A stretch of 64,000 bases of DNA from Mobula hypostoma (Eukaryota), in the NCBI RefSeq assembly GCF_963921235.1, contig NC_086097.1, forward strand, positions 229,092,001 to 229,156,000, written 5' to 3'. The notes under the pieces are model-generated. The model did no database searches. It worked only from the letters and a program-made list of their open reading frames with translations, and was not told where the DNA came from. Of the stretch, positions 52,050-64,000 are shown in pieces. The translations under genes and the position numbers were made by a program. Position 1 is the stretch's first letter. Each line of letters begins with the position of its first letter.

Positions 52050-53680
52050 AAAAACATAAGAAATAGGAGCAGGAGTAGGACATCTGGCCCATCAAGCCTT
52101 CTCCTCCATTCAATAAGATCATGGCTGATCTGGCCATGGACTCATCTCCACCTACCCACCTTTTCCCCATAACCCTTAATCCCCCTACTGGGCAAAAATC
52201 TATCCAACCTTGTCTTAAGTATATTTACTGAGGTAGCCTCCACTACTTCATTAGGCAGAGAATTCCACAGATTCACCACTCTCTGGGAAAAGCAGACCCT
52301 CCGCATCTCCGTCCTAAATCTGCTCCCCCGGATCTTGAGGCTATGTCCCCTAGTTCTCATCTCACCTACCAGTGGAAACAACTTTCCTGCCTCTGTCTTA
52401 TCTATTCCTTTCATAATTTTACATGTTTCTATAAGATCTCCTCTCATTCTTCTGAATTCCAGTAGGCGCAGTCCCAGGTGACTAAATCTCTCCTCGTAGT
52501 CTAAATCCCTCATCTCCAGAATCAACCTGGTGAACCTCCTCTGCACTGCCTCCAAAGCCAGTATATCCTTCCTCAAGTAAGGAAACCAGAACTGCACATA
52601 GTACTCCAGATGCGGCCTCACCTGTACCCTGTACAGTTGCAGCATAACCTCCCTGTTCTTAAATTCAATCTCTCTAGCAATGAAGGCCAACATTCCATTT
52701 GCCTTCTTGATAGCCTGCTGTACCTGCAAACCAACCTTTTGTGATTCATGCACAAGCACTCCCACGTTTTTTACTGTTTAAATAATAATCTGCTCTTTCA
52801 TTTTTCCTTCCAAAGTGGATGACCTTTCATTTACCAACATTGTACTCCATCTGCCAGGCCCTCGCCCACTCACTTAGCCTATCTACTGTATTCTGTACAA
52901 TTTACATTTCCACTCAATTTAGTGTCATCAGCAAATTTAGATACACTACCCTTGGTCCCCTCGTCCAGATCGTTAATGTATATCATGAACAGTTGCAGGC
53001 CCAGCACCGACCCCTACGGCACACCACTCACCACTGATCGCCATCCAGAGTAACTCCCATGTATCCCAACTCTCTGCTTTCTATTAGTTAACCAATCCTC
53101 TATCCATGCTAATACATCACCCCCAACTCTATGCATCCTTATCTTATGGATAAGTCTTTTATGTGCGACCTAATCGAACGCCTTCTGGAAATTCAAGTAA
53201 ATAATGTCCATCTGTTCCATTCTATCCACTGCACTCGTTATTTCCTCAAAGAACTCCAGTAAATTTGTAAAACATGACCTGCCTTTGCTGAATCCATGCT
53301 GCATCTGCCTGATAGATCCACTTCTTTCTAGAAGCCTCGCTGTTTCTTCTTTAATGATAGCTTCAAACATTTTCCCAACCACAGATGTTAAACTAACTGG
53401 TCTTTAGTTACTTGCCTTTTGCCTACATCCTTTTCTGAACAGTGGCGTGGCATTCGCCATTTTCCAATCCACCAGGACTTGCCCAGAGTCCAGAGATCTC
53501 TGGTAAATTATCACCAAACCCTCTACTCTTAACTTCTGCCATTTCTTTCAGTACCCTGGGATGCATTCCATCAGGACCAGGGGGCTTATCTATCTTCAGG
53601 CCCACAAGTTTGCTCAGCACTACCTCTTTAGTGATAGCTATTGTATCGAGGTCCTCACCTCCCATCGTATCCATAACATC
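52050..53680 (-). mobile_element. CR1 LINE fragment
   Basis: PGPDGMHPRVLKE, QHGFSKGRSC, RPHLEY..QFW and RTRGHSLK. Confidence 0.9.
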
Positions 53681-54019
53681 TCTAGAGCAGAAATGTGGAG
53701 GCAATTAGACTAAGCACGGTTCGTCAATTTCAGACAACATATAAAGAAAAGGGTCTCTCGATAAGCAGCAAGACTAAATCAAATCAGATTAGGGATTGCC
53801 GTGATAGGAAAATCATTTTTTTTTAACTAAATGAAGTAAATTGCCATCCATAAGTGCAAAGACATTAAGCAATCAACAACTAAAATGCTGTTTGTTCTGA
53901 ACTTTTCTGGAGGTAATATTAGAGGTTAATAGGGCATTGTGCACAAGAAGTTAGTACCAAACAAATACTAAACACTATACTCAGCCCACTGCCAAACTAA
54001 AACCAGCCCTGGAATTATA

Positions 54020-54570
54020 AACACTTCCCATTCCGATGTGCCAGTCCATTGCCACCTCTACTGCCGTGATGAGGTCATGCTTAGGTTGGAGGAGCAACAC
54101 CTTATATTCTGTCTGGTAGTCTCCAACCTGTTGGCATGAACATCCATTTCTTGAACTTCCAGTAGTTCACCATCCACCAACCCCTCTTCACCATTCCCCA
54201 TTCCTGTTTCCCTCTCACACTTTATCTCCTTACCTGCCCATCTCTGGTGTTCCTCCTTCTTCCCTTTCTTCCATAGTCTTCTCCCCTCTCCTATCAGATT
54301 CCCCCTTCTCCAGCCATTTATCTCTTTCACCAATCAACTTCCAAGTTCTCTACTTCACCCCCCACTCCCAGTTTCACCTATCACCTGCCACCCTGTACTT
54401 CCTCCTCTCCTCCCCTCCCCACCCCCCAACCCACCTTCTTACCCTGACTCCTCCCCTCCCTTTTCAGTCCTGATGAAGGGTCTCGGCCTAAAACCTCAAT
54501 TGTTTACTTCTGTCCATGGATGCTGCCTGGCCTGCTGGGTTCCTCCAGTATTTTGTGTCTATTGCCCTGG
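54020..54570 (+). mobile_element. PLE 3' fragment (GIY-YIG C-terminus, 3'UTR, degenerate hammerhead 54465-54502)
   Basis: Encodes LYCRDEVMLRLEEQHLIF-like remnant, then cagtcctgatgaagggtctcggcct. Confidence 0.85.
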
Positions 54571-55994
54571 AATTATCTTGTACTTTTCATTATTTGTTCA
54601 CAAAATGTAGCAATGAGGGCAATTCATTTTCCATTCCCCATTGACCCTGAACTTGGTAGTTTGCTTAGCCATTTTAAAAGCATCGCTGAGGCTTGGAGTA
54701 ATGCGTAAGCCAGACCAGGTAAGACCAGCAAGCTTCCTTCCCTTAAGGACACCGGTGAACCAGGTGAACCTGCCAGCTTTCTATTGTACAGTAGTATGTG
54801 TCGCTGGCTCAACATCCAACACTGCCAAGCTACCCTTTGCCGCCTCACCAGTTGAACATTTTACAAACATCTAAATTACTCAGTAGTCAATGAGCACAAA
54901 GAACAGGAAATTGGTAATGATGCCAAGATTGGATTAATCATGATCTAACTAAATGATGAGAAAACTCAATAAGATCCATTGATCTACTCCTTCAGTTTTT
55001 TTCTCTATACTCCAATGTCTTTTTTTTAAATGCTGCTGGTAACTTATGCTACCATACAAGCAATGTAGGTTTAATTATATTGTGGTTTATCCAATGAACA
55101 ATGCTTTATGATGTATATTATAATACCTGCAATTAAATTAAACATATCCCAATTGTCCGTATTTTATATAAGTCCAGTGTCGACTGCAATCTCAAAATTA
55201 CACTACAAATATCAATAAATCACCAGGAATTGTGGTGCAGCATAACCTGCAGGTAAATTCACAGAAAGAAATATAATGGATACAAGAATGCTGCCACTTT
55301 TACACATAACAGCAAATTATCAGAAACGGTGGTGGGGGGGAGATGAGGGGTGAGTGGAGAAAAGATGGGGGGTGAAGGGGAAGGTGATGGGGTTGTGTGA
55401 CAAGAGTGACAAAAAGGTGACAGAGTGATAATGGGGTGTGTGATGGTATGTCACAGGTGAGGTCTTGGGAGTGATGGGGAATGAAATGAGGGGGTGATGA
55501 GGGGTGACTGAGAAGGTGATAGGTGTGACAGGGTGAGGAGGGGGAAGTGAGGGTGAGGTGACGGGGAGGTGAGAGGTTGATGGTGCAATGACGAGAAAGG
55601 TGATGGGGTGACCTTCTGCCCATTATCTCTCCTGGTCCTCTCACCCCCATCACCCCCGATCAGGAAGGATGAGCTGATGGTGCTGACAGGGAGAGTGACA
55701 GGAGGGAAGGTGAGGGAAGTTATGGGGAGAGATGAGGGGCTGGCAGTAGGGTGGGGCAGCTTAAAGAGAAGTAGGGGAGAAGATGGGGGTGATGGTTGTG
55801 ACAGGCAGGTGGGGGAACAGAGGGAAGGTGAATATGAAGGTTGGTGTGAAGACCAGTGGAGGTGATAGAGTGAAGGGAATGTGATGGGGTGGGGTGGGGT
55901 GGAATAAGAGGATCATGGGTGACATTGGGGAGGTGACAGAATGGGGGGGGGGGAATGTCCGGTGGAAGTGATGGGGGGAGAGTGTAAGGTTGAG

Positions 55995-56518
55995 AAGGTA
56001 ACCGGGGTGGAAAGGAGGACCAAGGGGAGGTGACAGTGTGAAGATAACGGGGGGGGGGGGGTTAGAAAGGAGGACCAGGGTAGGTGACAGTGTGAAGATA
56101 ATGGGAAATAGAAAGGAGGACCAAGGGAGGTGACAGTGTGAAGATAATGGGAGATGGAACAGAGGACCAGGGGAGGTGATGGTGTGAAGATAACTGGGGG
56201 TGGAAAGGAGGACCAGGGGAGGTGACACTGTGAAGATAACTGGGGGTGGAAAGGAGGACCAAGGGAAGTGACACTGTGAAGATAACTGGGGGTGGAAAGG
56301 AGGACCAGGGGAGGTGACACTGTGAAGATAACTGGGGGTGGAAAGGAGGACCAAGGGAGGTGACACTGTGAAGATAACTGGGGGTGGAAAGGAGGACCAA
56401 GGGAAGTGACACTGTGAAGATAACTGGGGGTGGAAAGGAGGACCGGGGAGGTGACACTGTGAAGATAACTGGGGGTGGAAAGGAGGACCAGGGGAGGTGA
56501 CACTGTGAAGATAACTGG
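55995..56518. repeat. 46-bp minisatellite, about 11 copies
   Basis: Unit GATAACTGGGGGTGGAAAGGAGGACCAGGGGAGGTGACACTGTGAA. Period 46 (e.g. 56281 to 56327). Confidence 0.95.
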
Positions 56519-56574
56519 AATGGGGAGGTTTGGAGCCTCGGAGATTAAGGTTGCACGGAGGGTCCCGCACTCAC

Positions 56575-56772
56575 CGTCCCTTTGGCCGTGCCTGGCCCCT
56601 CAAGCTCCGACCTCCGCTGCAGTTCCGTGTGCTGTTCGTAAGCCGCGGCGAACCCCGTCCGTTTATCGCCCTCTGAGGAGTGGTACCTGGCGCCGAGTGA
56701 GGGGAGGCGGTAGCGGCCGCTCACCGGTTGGAGTAGCGCTGCCGCAAGGCCGCCGCGCCATGCTGTCGCCAT
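56575..56772 (-). CDS. MRPS28: MRPS28 coding exon 1 (mitochondrial presequence + N-terminus, 66 aa)
   Basis: ATG at 56772-56770 gives MATAWRGGLAAALLQPVSGRYRLPSLGARYHSSEGDKRTGFAAAYEQHTELQRR... The GFAAAYEQHTEL segment resembles vertebrate MRPS28 GFASALERHSEL. The leader is Arg-rich and acid-free. It ends at a canonical GTGAGT donor (56574-56569), phase 0, matching exon 2. CpG-rich context. Confidence 0.9.
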
Positions 56773-56950
56773 GAGAGCCGAGACAAGGAGAGGAACCCCG
56801 TGTGCTGCAGACCTCCGCACACACCGCCACCAGCAACGCTACTGCAGCTGCTCATTGCATGAAAACTACACTTGAGAGGGCTGCGTACAAAGGGCCCTCG
56901 GGATTCTGGGCAGACTGGGTTGGACAGCATCTGTGGTGGAAAATGAATTG
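56773..56950 (-). promoter_or_regulatory. CpG-rich 5'UTR/promoter of MRPS28
   Basis: GC/CpG-rich non-repeat sequence directly upstream of the ATG, in an otherwise CpG-depleted window. TSS not determinable. Confidence 0.6.
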
Positions 56951-57689
56951 ACAACCTTTGGGGTGGAAACTCTGCGTCAGGACTGAATCGGAATGAGGTT
57001 TGATAGCACTTGTATGTGTTGTGAACCAATTTAACCAATTTCCCCCTGGGATCAATAAAGTATGACTATGAAATGTTTTGTTTTGTGACAGCAGTACAGA
57101 GCGAGACATGCAAATTACTGTAAGTTACAAAAACAGTGTCAGAATCTTTATGTTCATGGACCGTTCAGAAATCTGATGGCAGAAGAGAAGAAGTTGCTTG
57201 AGTGTGTAGCAGCCAATTCCAGAAATGACCAAATCATCAACAACATCTTCTTGGGTAGTATTCCACCTAGGGATGACTTACTTCCACTCTGGCCACCTCA
57301 GAACCCACGAAACCAATGTGGGTACCCAGACTCATCTAGCATTTAAAGAAGAGATGTCCAAGGGACAGTTTGCGAGGTAACCCCCTTCTTCTGATACCAG
57401 TCTTCAAGCTTTTCCAAACCACCTCAAGAACAGCTTCCGTCTTATTGGACAAAAGTGAACTCTTGATCTCTCAGTCTGCCTCGTCATTACCCTTGTGTTT
57501 TATTTGTCTATCTGCATTGCACTTTCTCTGCAACTGTAACACTATGCATTCTGTGTTTTGTTTTCATTTTGTACTACCTGGATATACTTAAGTATGGAAT
57601 GATCTGTCTCCATGGCAATGTAAATAAAAGCTTTTCACATTTTCTTTGTACATGTGGCAAAACAAATCAATTACCAAATACTTCTTTTC

Positions 57690-57940
57690 CGCTTTGAGCA
57701 GTCATAGGCAATAAGTTATCTGGAGCCATAGGGGTATTATGTCTCATCAAGGAAGCTTTGTCCACATCCTTGAATCTTTTTCTTCATCTGCTTGGTCATC
57801 TCCCACAGAGGAACTCACAGCTGAGTGTCTTTTCCTGGGACTGGTGTTGAGCATGTGAACAACGTGGCCAATCCAGTGCAGCTGAATGGCAGTAACTTGG
57901 ACCTCAGTGGTGAGTATGACAACCTAACCTGACATTTGAA
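57690..57940 (-). mobile_element. RTE-clade LINE remnant
   Basis: Minus strand QLHWIGHVVHM resembles the RTE motif QLRWAGHV.RM. Confidence 0.6.
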
Positions 57941-58679
57941 GAAAGTAGACAGGGCTTCATTCTAAAATCTTTTGGTAGAGATGGCACCCTTAACATGTAG
58001 CACTCCCTCAGTGAGTATTAGTTTTTATTTTGCTTCTCAATTTTCTGAAGTGGAACTTGAACTTGGAATCTTTCTGTCATGGCCCAGTGTGCTATCCATA
58101 GCTGACGTTGTTTGCAAAGAAGCGGTTCCAATTAATAATGATACTCCTGGTTTCTACAATAGCTTTTAACTTCTTAATGCATTAGCTTCATTCTTGGTAT
58201 TCCCAGGGGAACTTTGTTCTTTCTCTGTTAGGGAGAAAAGAGGATGGGAGCAGTACATGGACAAGAGGTGGTCAAGGGTTCACTCCATTATTGCAGAGTG
58301 AAAGACATAGTTAACTTGAAAGTTTAAAGTAAATTTATTATCAAAGAACCATATACAACACTGAGATTAATTTTCTGTGCAAAAGGTAACAAACTGTGCA
58401 AATACAAAAGAAAGAAAAAAATAAATCAGCAACAAATATTGAGGGCATGAGATGAAGAGTCTTTGAAAGTGAGAGCATGGCCTGGATGGTGGGGGTCCCT
58501 AATGTCATATAAAGAATAAAAGAGAGGCAAGAGTAGATACTGGACCCCTGGAAAATGACACTGGAGTGGAAGTAATGGGGGACGAGTTTACAGTGGACGG
58601 ACTGAATCTTCACTGTGGAAGACACTAGCAGTCTGCTGGAAGTTCAAGACTGTTGGAAGCAGAAGTGAGTGCAGTTGCT

Positions 58680-60300
58680 ATTACTAGGAGAACCTGTTTG
58701 GGAAGCTGAAAGGTCTGAAGGTAGATAAGTCACCTGGGTTATACCCCAGCGTTCTTAAAGAGACAGCTGATGAGAATGTGGACGCATTGGTAATGATCTT
58801 TCAAAAATCACTAGATCAGCATTTGGAAAGACGTTGGAGTCAATTGTTAAGGATGAGGTCTCAGGGTACTTGGAGGCACATGGTAAAATAAGCCGAAGTC
58901 AGCATAATTTCATGAAGTAACAATCCTGCCTGACAAATATGTTGGAATTCTTTAAAGAAATAACAAGCAAGATAGACAGGAGAATCGATGGATGTTGTGT
59001 ATTCAGATTTTCAGAAGGCCTTTGGCAAGGTCAGCTGGTCGGCAGTATAGCGGCATCCACACTAGACTTGGTCCTGGGTTTGAATCTAGGCGGGTCCTTG
59101 CACACTTTCCGTCCATGCTGGGTTGAGTGTTGAGCTAGCAACTCAGCCTCATAAAAAACAAACAAAATGCTACAGAAACTGCAATGTTGCCACTCGATGC
59201 AACACAAGGCATGGAAAGGAACAACTTTGACAAGATGCCACACGAGGCTACTTAGCAAGATAAGAACCCATGATATTATGGGAAAGATACTAGTGTGGTT
59301 AGAACATTGTATTAATGGTAAGGAGTAGGAATAAACAGTGGCTGCCAGTGACTAGTGGTGTTCCACCGCAGTTTTGTGTTGGAACTGCTTCTTTTTACAT
59401 TATATGTCAATGATTTGGATGACAAATTGATGGATTTGTGGCCATGTTTGTGGACAATATGAAGATTGGTGAAGGGGCAGGTAGTGGTGAGGAAGCAAGG
59501 AGGCTGCAGAAGGACTGAGATTAGGAGAATGGGCAAATGGAATATAGTGTCAGGAAGTGTATGGTCATGCACTTTGGTAGAAGAAATAAAAGTAGATTAT
59601 TTTCTAAGTGGAGAGAAAATTCAAAGATCTGAGGTGTAAAGGGACCTTGGAGTCCTTGTGTAGGATTCCCTGAAGGTTAATTTGCAGGTTGAGTTGGTGG
59701 TCAGGAATGTTAGCCTTTGTTTTGAGAGGACTAGAATATAAAAGCAAGGATGTAATGTGAGCAGTTTTGGGCCCCTTATGATGTGCTGACGTTGGAGCAC
59801 GTTCAGAAGTTCACAAGAATAATTATGAGAATGAAAGGGTTAACTTACAAGGACCAAGTGATGGCTCTGGGCCTATACTCACTGGATTCAGAAGAATGAG
59901 GGGTAATCTTATTAAAATCTATTGAATGTTGAAAGGCCTTGATAGAGTGGATGTGGAAAGGATGTTTCTAATGGTGGGAGAGTCTAGGACCAGAGGACAC
60001 AGCCTCAAAATTGGGGGGGGGGGGGGGCGGGTGGAGAGCAGTGTCTATTTAGAATGGAAATGAGGAGGATTTCTTTAGCCAGAGTGATGAAGAATTTGTT
60101 GCCATAGGTGGTTGTGGAGACCAAGTCATTGGGTATATTTAAGACAGGGCTTGATAGTTTCTTGATTAGTCAGGGCATGAAGGGTTTTAGGGAGGAGGCA
60201 GGAGACTGGGGCTGAGAGGGAAATGGATCATTCATGATGAATTGGCAAAGCAAACTTGATGGGCCATTTGGCCTAATTCTGCTCCTATATCTTATGGAAC
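58680..60300 (+). mobile_element. CR1 fragment with SINE insertion
   Basis: Decayed ORF2 (LEFFKEITSKID, FQKAF.K) and 3'UTR. Confidence 0.8.
59030..59224 (+). mobile_element. Third SINE family (tRNA-like head), inserted in CR1
   Basis: B-box-like GGTTTGAATC. TSD ctttg(g/a)caag at 59020-59029 and 59225-59234. (AAC)n tail. Confidence 0.7.
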
Positions 60301-60880
60301 CATTAGTGAAGAGGTGAAAGACAGATGCAACTAGAACCAGATTGGAGGGAGGTGGAAAATAGCCAGTGAATGGAAAAATAAAGCAGGAAGGAAGAGGATC
60401 GGATGGAAAGTTGGATGGGGGGGGGGTGAAATTAAGGAATGAGGATTATATAGGTAAAAACATTGAGGGGTTACTTGGGTTAAATGGAAAATTCAGTGTT
60501 CGTTGAATATCCAATATACCTCATTTATTGGGATCGAGTTTCTGACTATCCGGGTAGAATAGGAGGTGGTGTTCCTCTAGTTATACTGGGCCTTGCCCTG
60601 GCAGTGGTAAGTGATGTACAGGTTGGTGTGGGAAGGAGAATTGAGGTGGCATGCTCAGGATAGCTATTTCAGTCAGAGTGCTGATGATCTGCAAATTGGT
60701 CCCCTATTCAGCACTTGATCTCAATGAAGTGGAGGAGGCTGTATCAGGAGCATAAAATACAGGTGAGGTTGGATAAACTGCATGTGAATACTTGCCTCCC
60801 CTGAAAAGGCTAGTGATCCCTGGATGGTGCTAGGTAAGGTGGTACAAGAACAAGTGTTGCACCTCCTGTGTTCACAAGGG
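60300..60880 (-). mobile_element. Old degenerate PLE endonuclease/3'UTR fragment
   Basis: Diverged similarity to 43300-43720 (ggtggtgttcctc, cttgcctcccctgaaaag, caagtgttgcacctcctg). Confidence 0.55.
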
Positions 60881-61070
60881 ACAAGGAGGGATAAATCTTC
60901 TCTATACCTTCTCTGGAGTTATCACATCCTTCCACTCTTATGTTGACTGGCATTGCACACTGTACTTTCACTGTGGCCTGAACATTGTTTTATACATACT
61001 TAATATGACCCGAGTTCATGCTCCAGTGTGGACAAGTACCTTTAATTAGCTGTCCTACGACCTTCTGGGA

Positions 61071-61554
61071 TTTGCCTGTATGCACTCTAAAGGCTGATTT
61101 GTACTTGTGCGTCAACTCGACACTGTGGCCTACGCGCGTTGTGAGCATTTATACTTGTGCATTGGTGTGTCTGCATCGCTCTGCAATTCGGGCACGTCAC
61201 ACTTGCCCGCGCAAGGCTTCATGGTCATGGTAGTCTTTCTCGGGGTAAAGTTTAAAGCAAGCGTCTTTTTTCGTAAAAGCGAAATGTGTCCTCCATAATT
61301 TCGGAGGTCTGTAAAGCTTTATGGGAAGCATTGCAGTCAGAGTTCCTTCCCTGCCCTTCAATTGGCCAATGGGAAGCTATTGCAGTGTAGGAGGAAATAC
61401 GATGCTACCAGGCGGACTAATCACAGCTGTTGCAGTCTACATTGGTACGAAGCATAGGTATATTTTGGGAGAGGTGCGTGTTAGGCTATGGCGTAGAGTT
61501 CCTGGCGGCGCCGTACTTACGGCGTCGAGTTGACGCACGAGTATAAATCAGCCT
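61071..61554. mobile_element. PIF/Harbinger-type MITE (484 bp)
   Basis: About 31-bp TIR AGGCTGATTT(G/A)TACT(T/C)GTGCGTCAACTCGAC. TAA TSD at 61068-61070 and 61555-61557. Confidence 0.9.
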
Positions 61555-61659
61555 TAAGATTTCTTTTTTTTGTATCCTACCATAAATGTATTCACTTATC
61601 ATATTTATTCTCTCCAAATCCAATATACCACATTCATTGAGATTGAAATTCATTAGTTA

Positions 61660-62885
61660 CAATTGCAAGAAAAAAAATGAACCCTTGGCAATTAGCTGGT
61701 TTTCTGAATTACTCATAAAATGTGGTCTGATCATCATCTAAGTCATAATAATAAACAAACACAATCTACCTAAACTAATAACTCACAAACAATTGTACTC
61801 TTCATATCATAACTGAAGACATTGTTTAATCATTCACAGTCCAGACTAGAAAAGGTATATGAACCCTTGTACCTGTATTTAATAACTGGTAGAACCTCCA
61901 CCAAACATTTCCTGTAGCTGCTGATCAGATGCACAATGGCAAAGAGGTATTTTAGACTATTCCTCCATACAAAACTGTTTCAGTTAATCAATATTTCTGG
62001 GATACCTTGCATGAATAGCCCTCTTCAGGTCATGTCACAGCATCTCAATTGGATTAAAGTCTGGACTCTGACTTGGCCATTCCAAATCATATTTTTCAGA
62101 TCATTGTCTTGTTGCATCTTCCAACTTCTACTAAGCTTCAGGTGACAGACTACTACCCTGACATTCTCCTGCAAGATGTGTCGATACAATTTTGAATTCA
62201 TTGTTCCCTCAACAATTGCAAGCTGTCCAAGCCCTGAGGTCCCAAACCATGATGCCCCTTCCACCATGCTTTTGGTACTGGTGTGCAGTGTCTTTTTCCC
62301 TCCAAACATAGCAGTGCACATTTCTGCCAAAAAGTTTAACTTTTTTCTCAGCTGCCCATAGAACATTGATCTTTGCAGGACACTCACTCCTAAGTAGAGT
62401 AATAACAGTATTGAATTTCCTCCATTTGCAGACAATTTCTCTTACTGTGGACTGAAGAGCATTCAGGTATTTAGAAGTGCTTTTGTAGCCTTTTCCAGCT
62501 TCATGCATCTCTACATTTCTTCTAAGGTCCTCTGAAAGTTGTTTTGATCGATGGATGGTGCACATAAACAGACCTTTCTTGAGAAGAGCCGGCTGTCAGG
62601 AACATGTTTTTTTTTTAAATTTTGGGCCGGGCACCTTTATAACCCACCCCTCCAATCTCATCTCATTGATTGGAACATCTGACTCCAAATAGCTTTTGTA
62701 GAAGGCATTACCCCCAGAGGTTCATACACTCTTTTTGAACCTAGACTGTGATTGTTAAAATGGTGTACTCAGTATTGACAAGAAGTAGTACAATTGTTTG
62801 TGCATTATAAGTTTAGGCAGATTGCATTTGTCTATTATTGTGACTTAGAAGATCAGACCACATTTTGAGTAATTAATTCAGAAGG
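61660..62885 (-). mobile_element. Decayed Tc1 transposon with long IR/DR-type terminal repeats
   Basis: Remnants SEDLRRNVEMHEAGKGYK, KHGGRGIMVW and QQDND. About 200-bp inverted repeats at 61660-61870 and 62718-62885. Confidence 0.85.
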
Positions 62886-63384
62886 AGCAGCTTAGGAGGG
62901 TTAATGCTGCTAACGGCAACTCCTTTGCTTGCATCTTTGGAAACAGCTCTATTTCCATCTTTCATATCTCTTTTTCCCTTTCAGGGTTCTTTTGAAGACC
63001 CTGACCTGGAGTTACACACTGACTACAGTTTGCTTTCAGGGTTTCACAACTGGCTGTTGTTCGGCACACCAAAGACTCAGCCTGAGAGCTCCGCTCGCCT
63101 TCAAATACTGGGTGAACAATGTAGTCTTTGGAGTACTGCAAGCCTGTACTTTTGCTGTTGCCTTGCTCACGCTTGAGTGCTCAGTGGCGGGTGCCGATGC
63201 TTTTTTTCCCCTGGTGGCGGGGGAGAGACGAAGGGGGATTGTTGCTTGCTGCCGCTTACACGCAGGAGAGAGGGAAGCTGGTGGGAGGAGGGTACTTTGG
63301 GGTTCTAACATTTAACTGTTGTTCATTCTTTGGGGGCACTCCTCTGTTTTCTGGATAGTTGCAAAGAAAAAACATTTCAGGATG

Positions 63385-64000
63385 TATGTGGGCTGATTGA
63401 TAAGTTTGTGGCCTAAGGTAGGAGGAGTCAATTTTAGAAAACCTAGCACATTTATTTTTCAACATAATCCCCTCCTACATGTACACACTTAGTCCAGTGG
63501 TCGTGGAGCATACAGATCCCTTCTTTGTAGAAGTGGTCTACAGCAGGGGTGATTGATAAGTTCGTGGCCTAAGGTAGAACGATGAGCTATTAACTATAAA
63601 CTTTCTGCATTATCACTCAAAGACTTGAACTGCACGTGCATGTAATGAGAGCGTCTTGGACCTCCAGGTGGTCCACAGCAGGGGTGATTGATAAGTTCGT
63701 GGCCTTGGGTAGAAGGAGATGAGTAATACAGCTCTTGTTACATGCACGTGCAGTTCAACTCTGAGTGAAAATACAGAAAGTTTTAAGTTAATAACTCATC
63801 TCCTTCTACCTTAGGCTACGAACTTATTAAGCACCCCTGCTGTGGACCACTTTCTAAAGGTCCAAGACACCGACTTCCACAAAGAAGGGATCTGTATGCT
63901 CCACAACCACTGGACTAAGTGTGTAAATGTAGGAAAATAAATGCACTAGGTTTTCTGAAATTGACTCCTTATACCTTGGGCCATGAACTTATCAATCACC
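63385..64000. mobile_element. Palindromic mariner-derived non-autonomous element (runs off window end)
   Basis: TIR motif GGGTGATTGATAAGTTCGTGGCCTAAGGTAGAAGGAG occurs 3 times forward and twice inverted. Both arms carry the transposase C-terminal coding sequence. Confidence 0.85.

Noticed and set aside
55995..56518. CACAGTG (RSS heptamer) in most VNTR units on the minus strand; CRISPR-like periodicity
   Set aside because: No ACAAAAACC nonamer at 12 or 23 nt spacing and no V/J segments. Units are wholly repeated, with no unique spacers.
55761..56570. Long Pro/Ser-rich ORFs (269, 196, 131 aa)
   Set aside because: Artefacts of a stop-free C-rich tandem repeat.
56545..56820. Single-exon 91-aa ORF / upstream GTG start; intron start and exon 2 start both encode VSA
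   Set aside because: The ATG at 56772 and donor at 56574 explain the gene. The VSA match is coincidental, with different codons.
56858..56885. ZNF143-associated ACTACA motif in promoter
   Set aside because: Only ACTACA matches. The following TCCCAG core is absent.

Overview
Eukaryotic (vertebrate) genomic DNA. The repeat set (CR1, Rex1/Babar, Penelope-like elements, V-SINEs) suggests a cartilaginous fish, probably a ray; this is inference. One host gene is visible: MRPS28 (mitochondrial ribosomal protein S28) on the minus strand. Coding exon 1 is 56575-56772, intron 1 is 42,350 nt, exon 2 is 14043-14224, and exon 3 lies left of the window. Most of the rest is nested transposable elements: CR1, Rex1/Babar, Vingi, RTE, a deleted Gypsy provirus, a solo LTR, hAT-Charlie, Tc1, mariner and Harbinger MITEs, and three SINE families. 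The most notable system is a nearly intact 3.8 kb Penelope-like element (RT + GIY-YIG, broken only at a G homopolymer). Its terminal repeat carries a minimal type I hammerhead ribozyme, and about 9 shorter relatives are scattered through the window, most with 5' ends inside or at the edge of that ribozyme. Candidate regulatory features are an RBPJ-motif cluster, CTCF-like sites and a 46-bp GATA-containing minisatellite beside exon 1. All calls are by eye, and repeat boundaries without a stated TSD or TIR are approximate.
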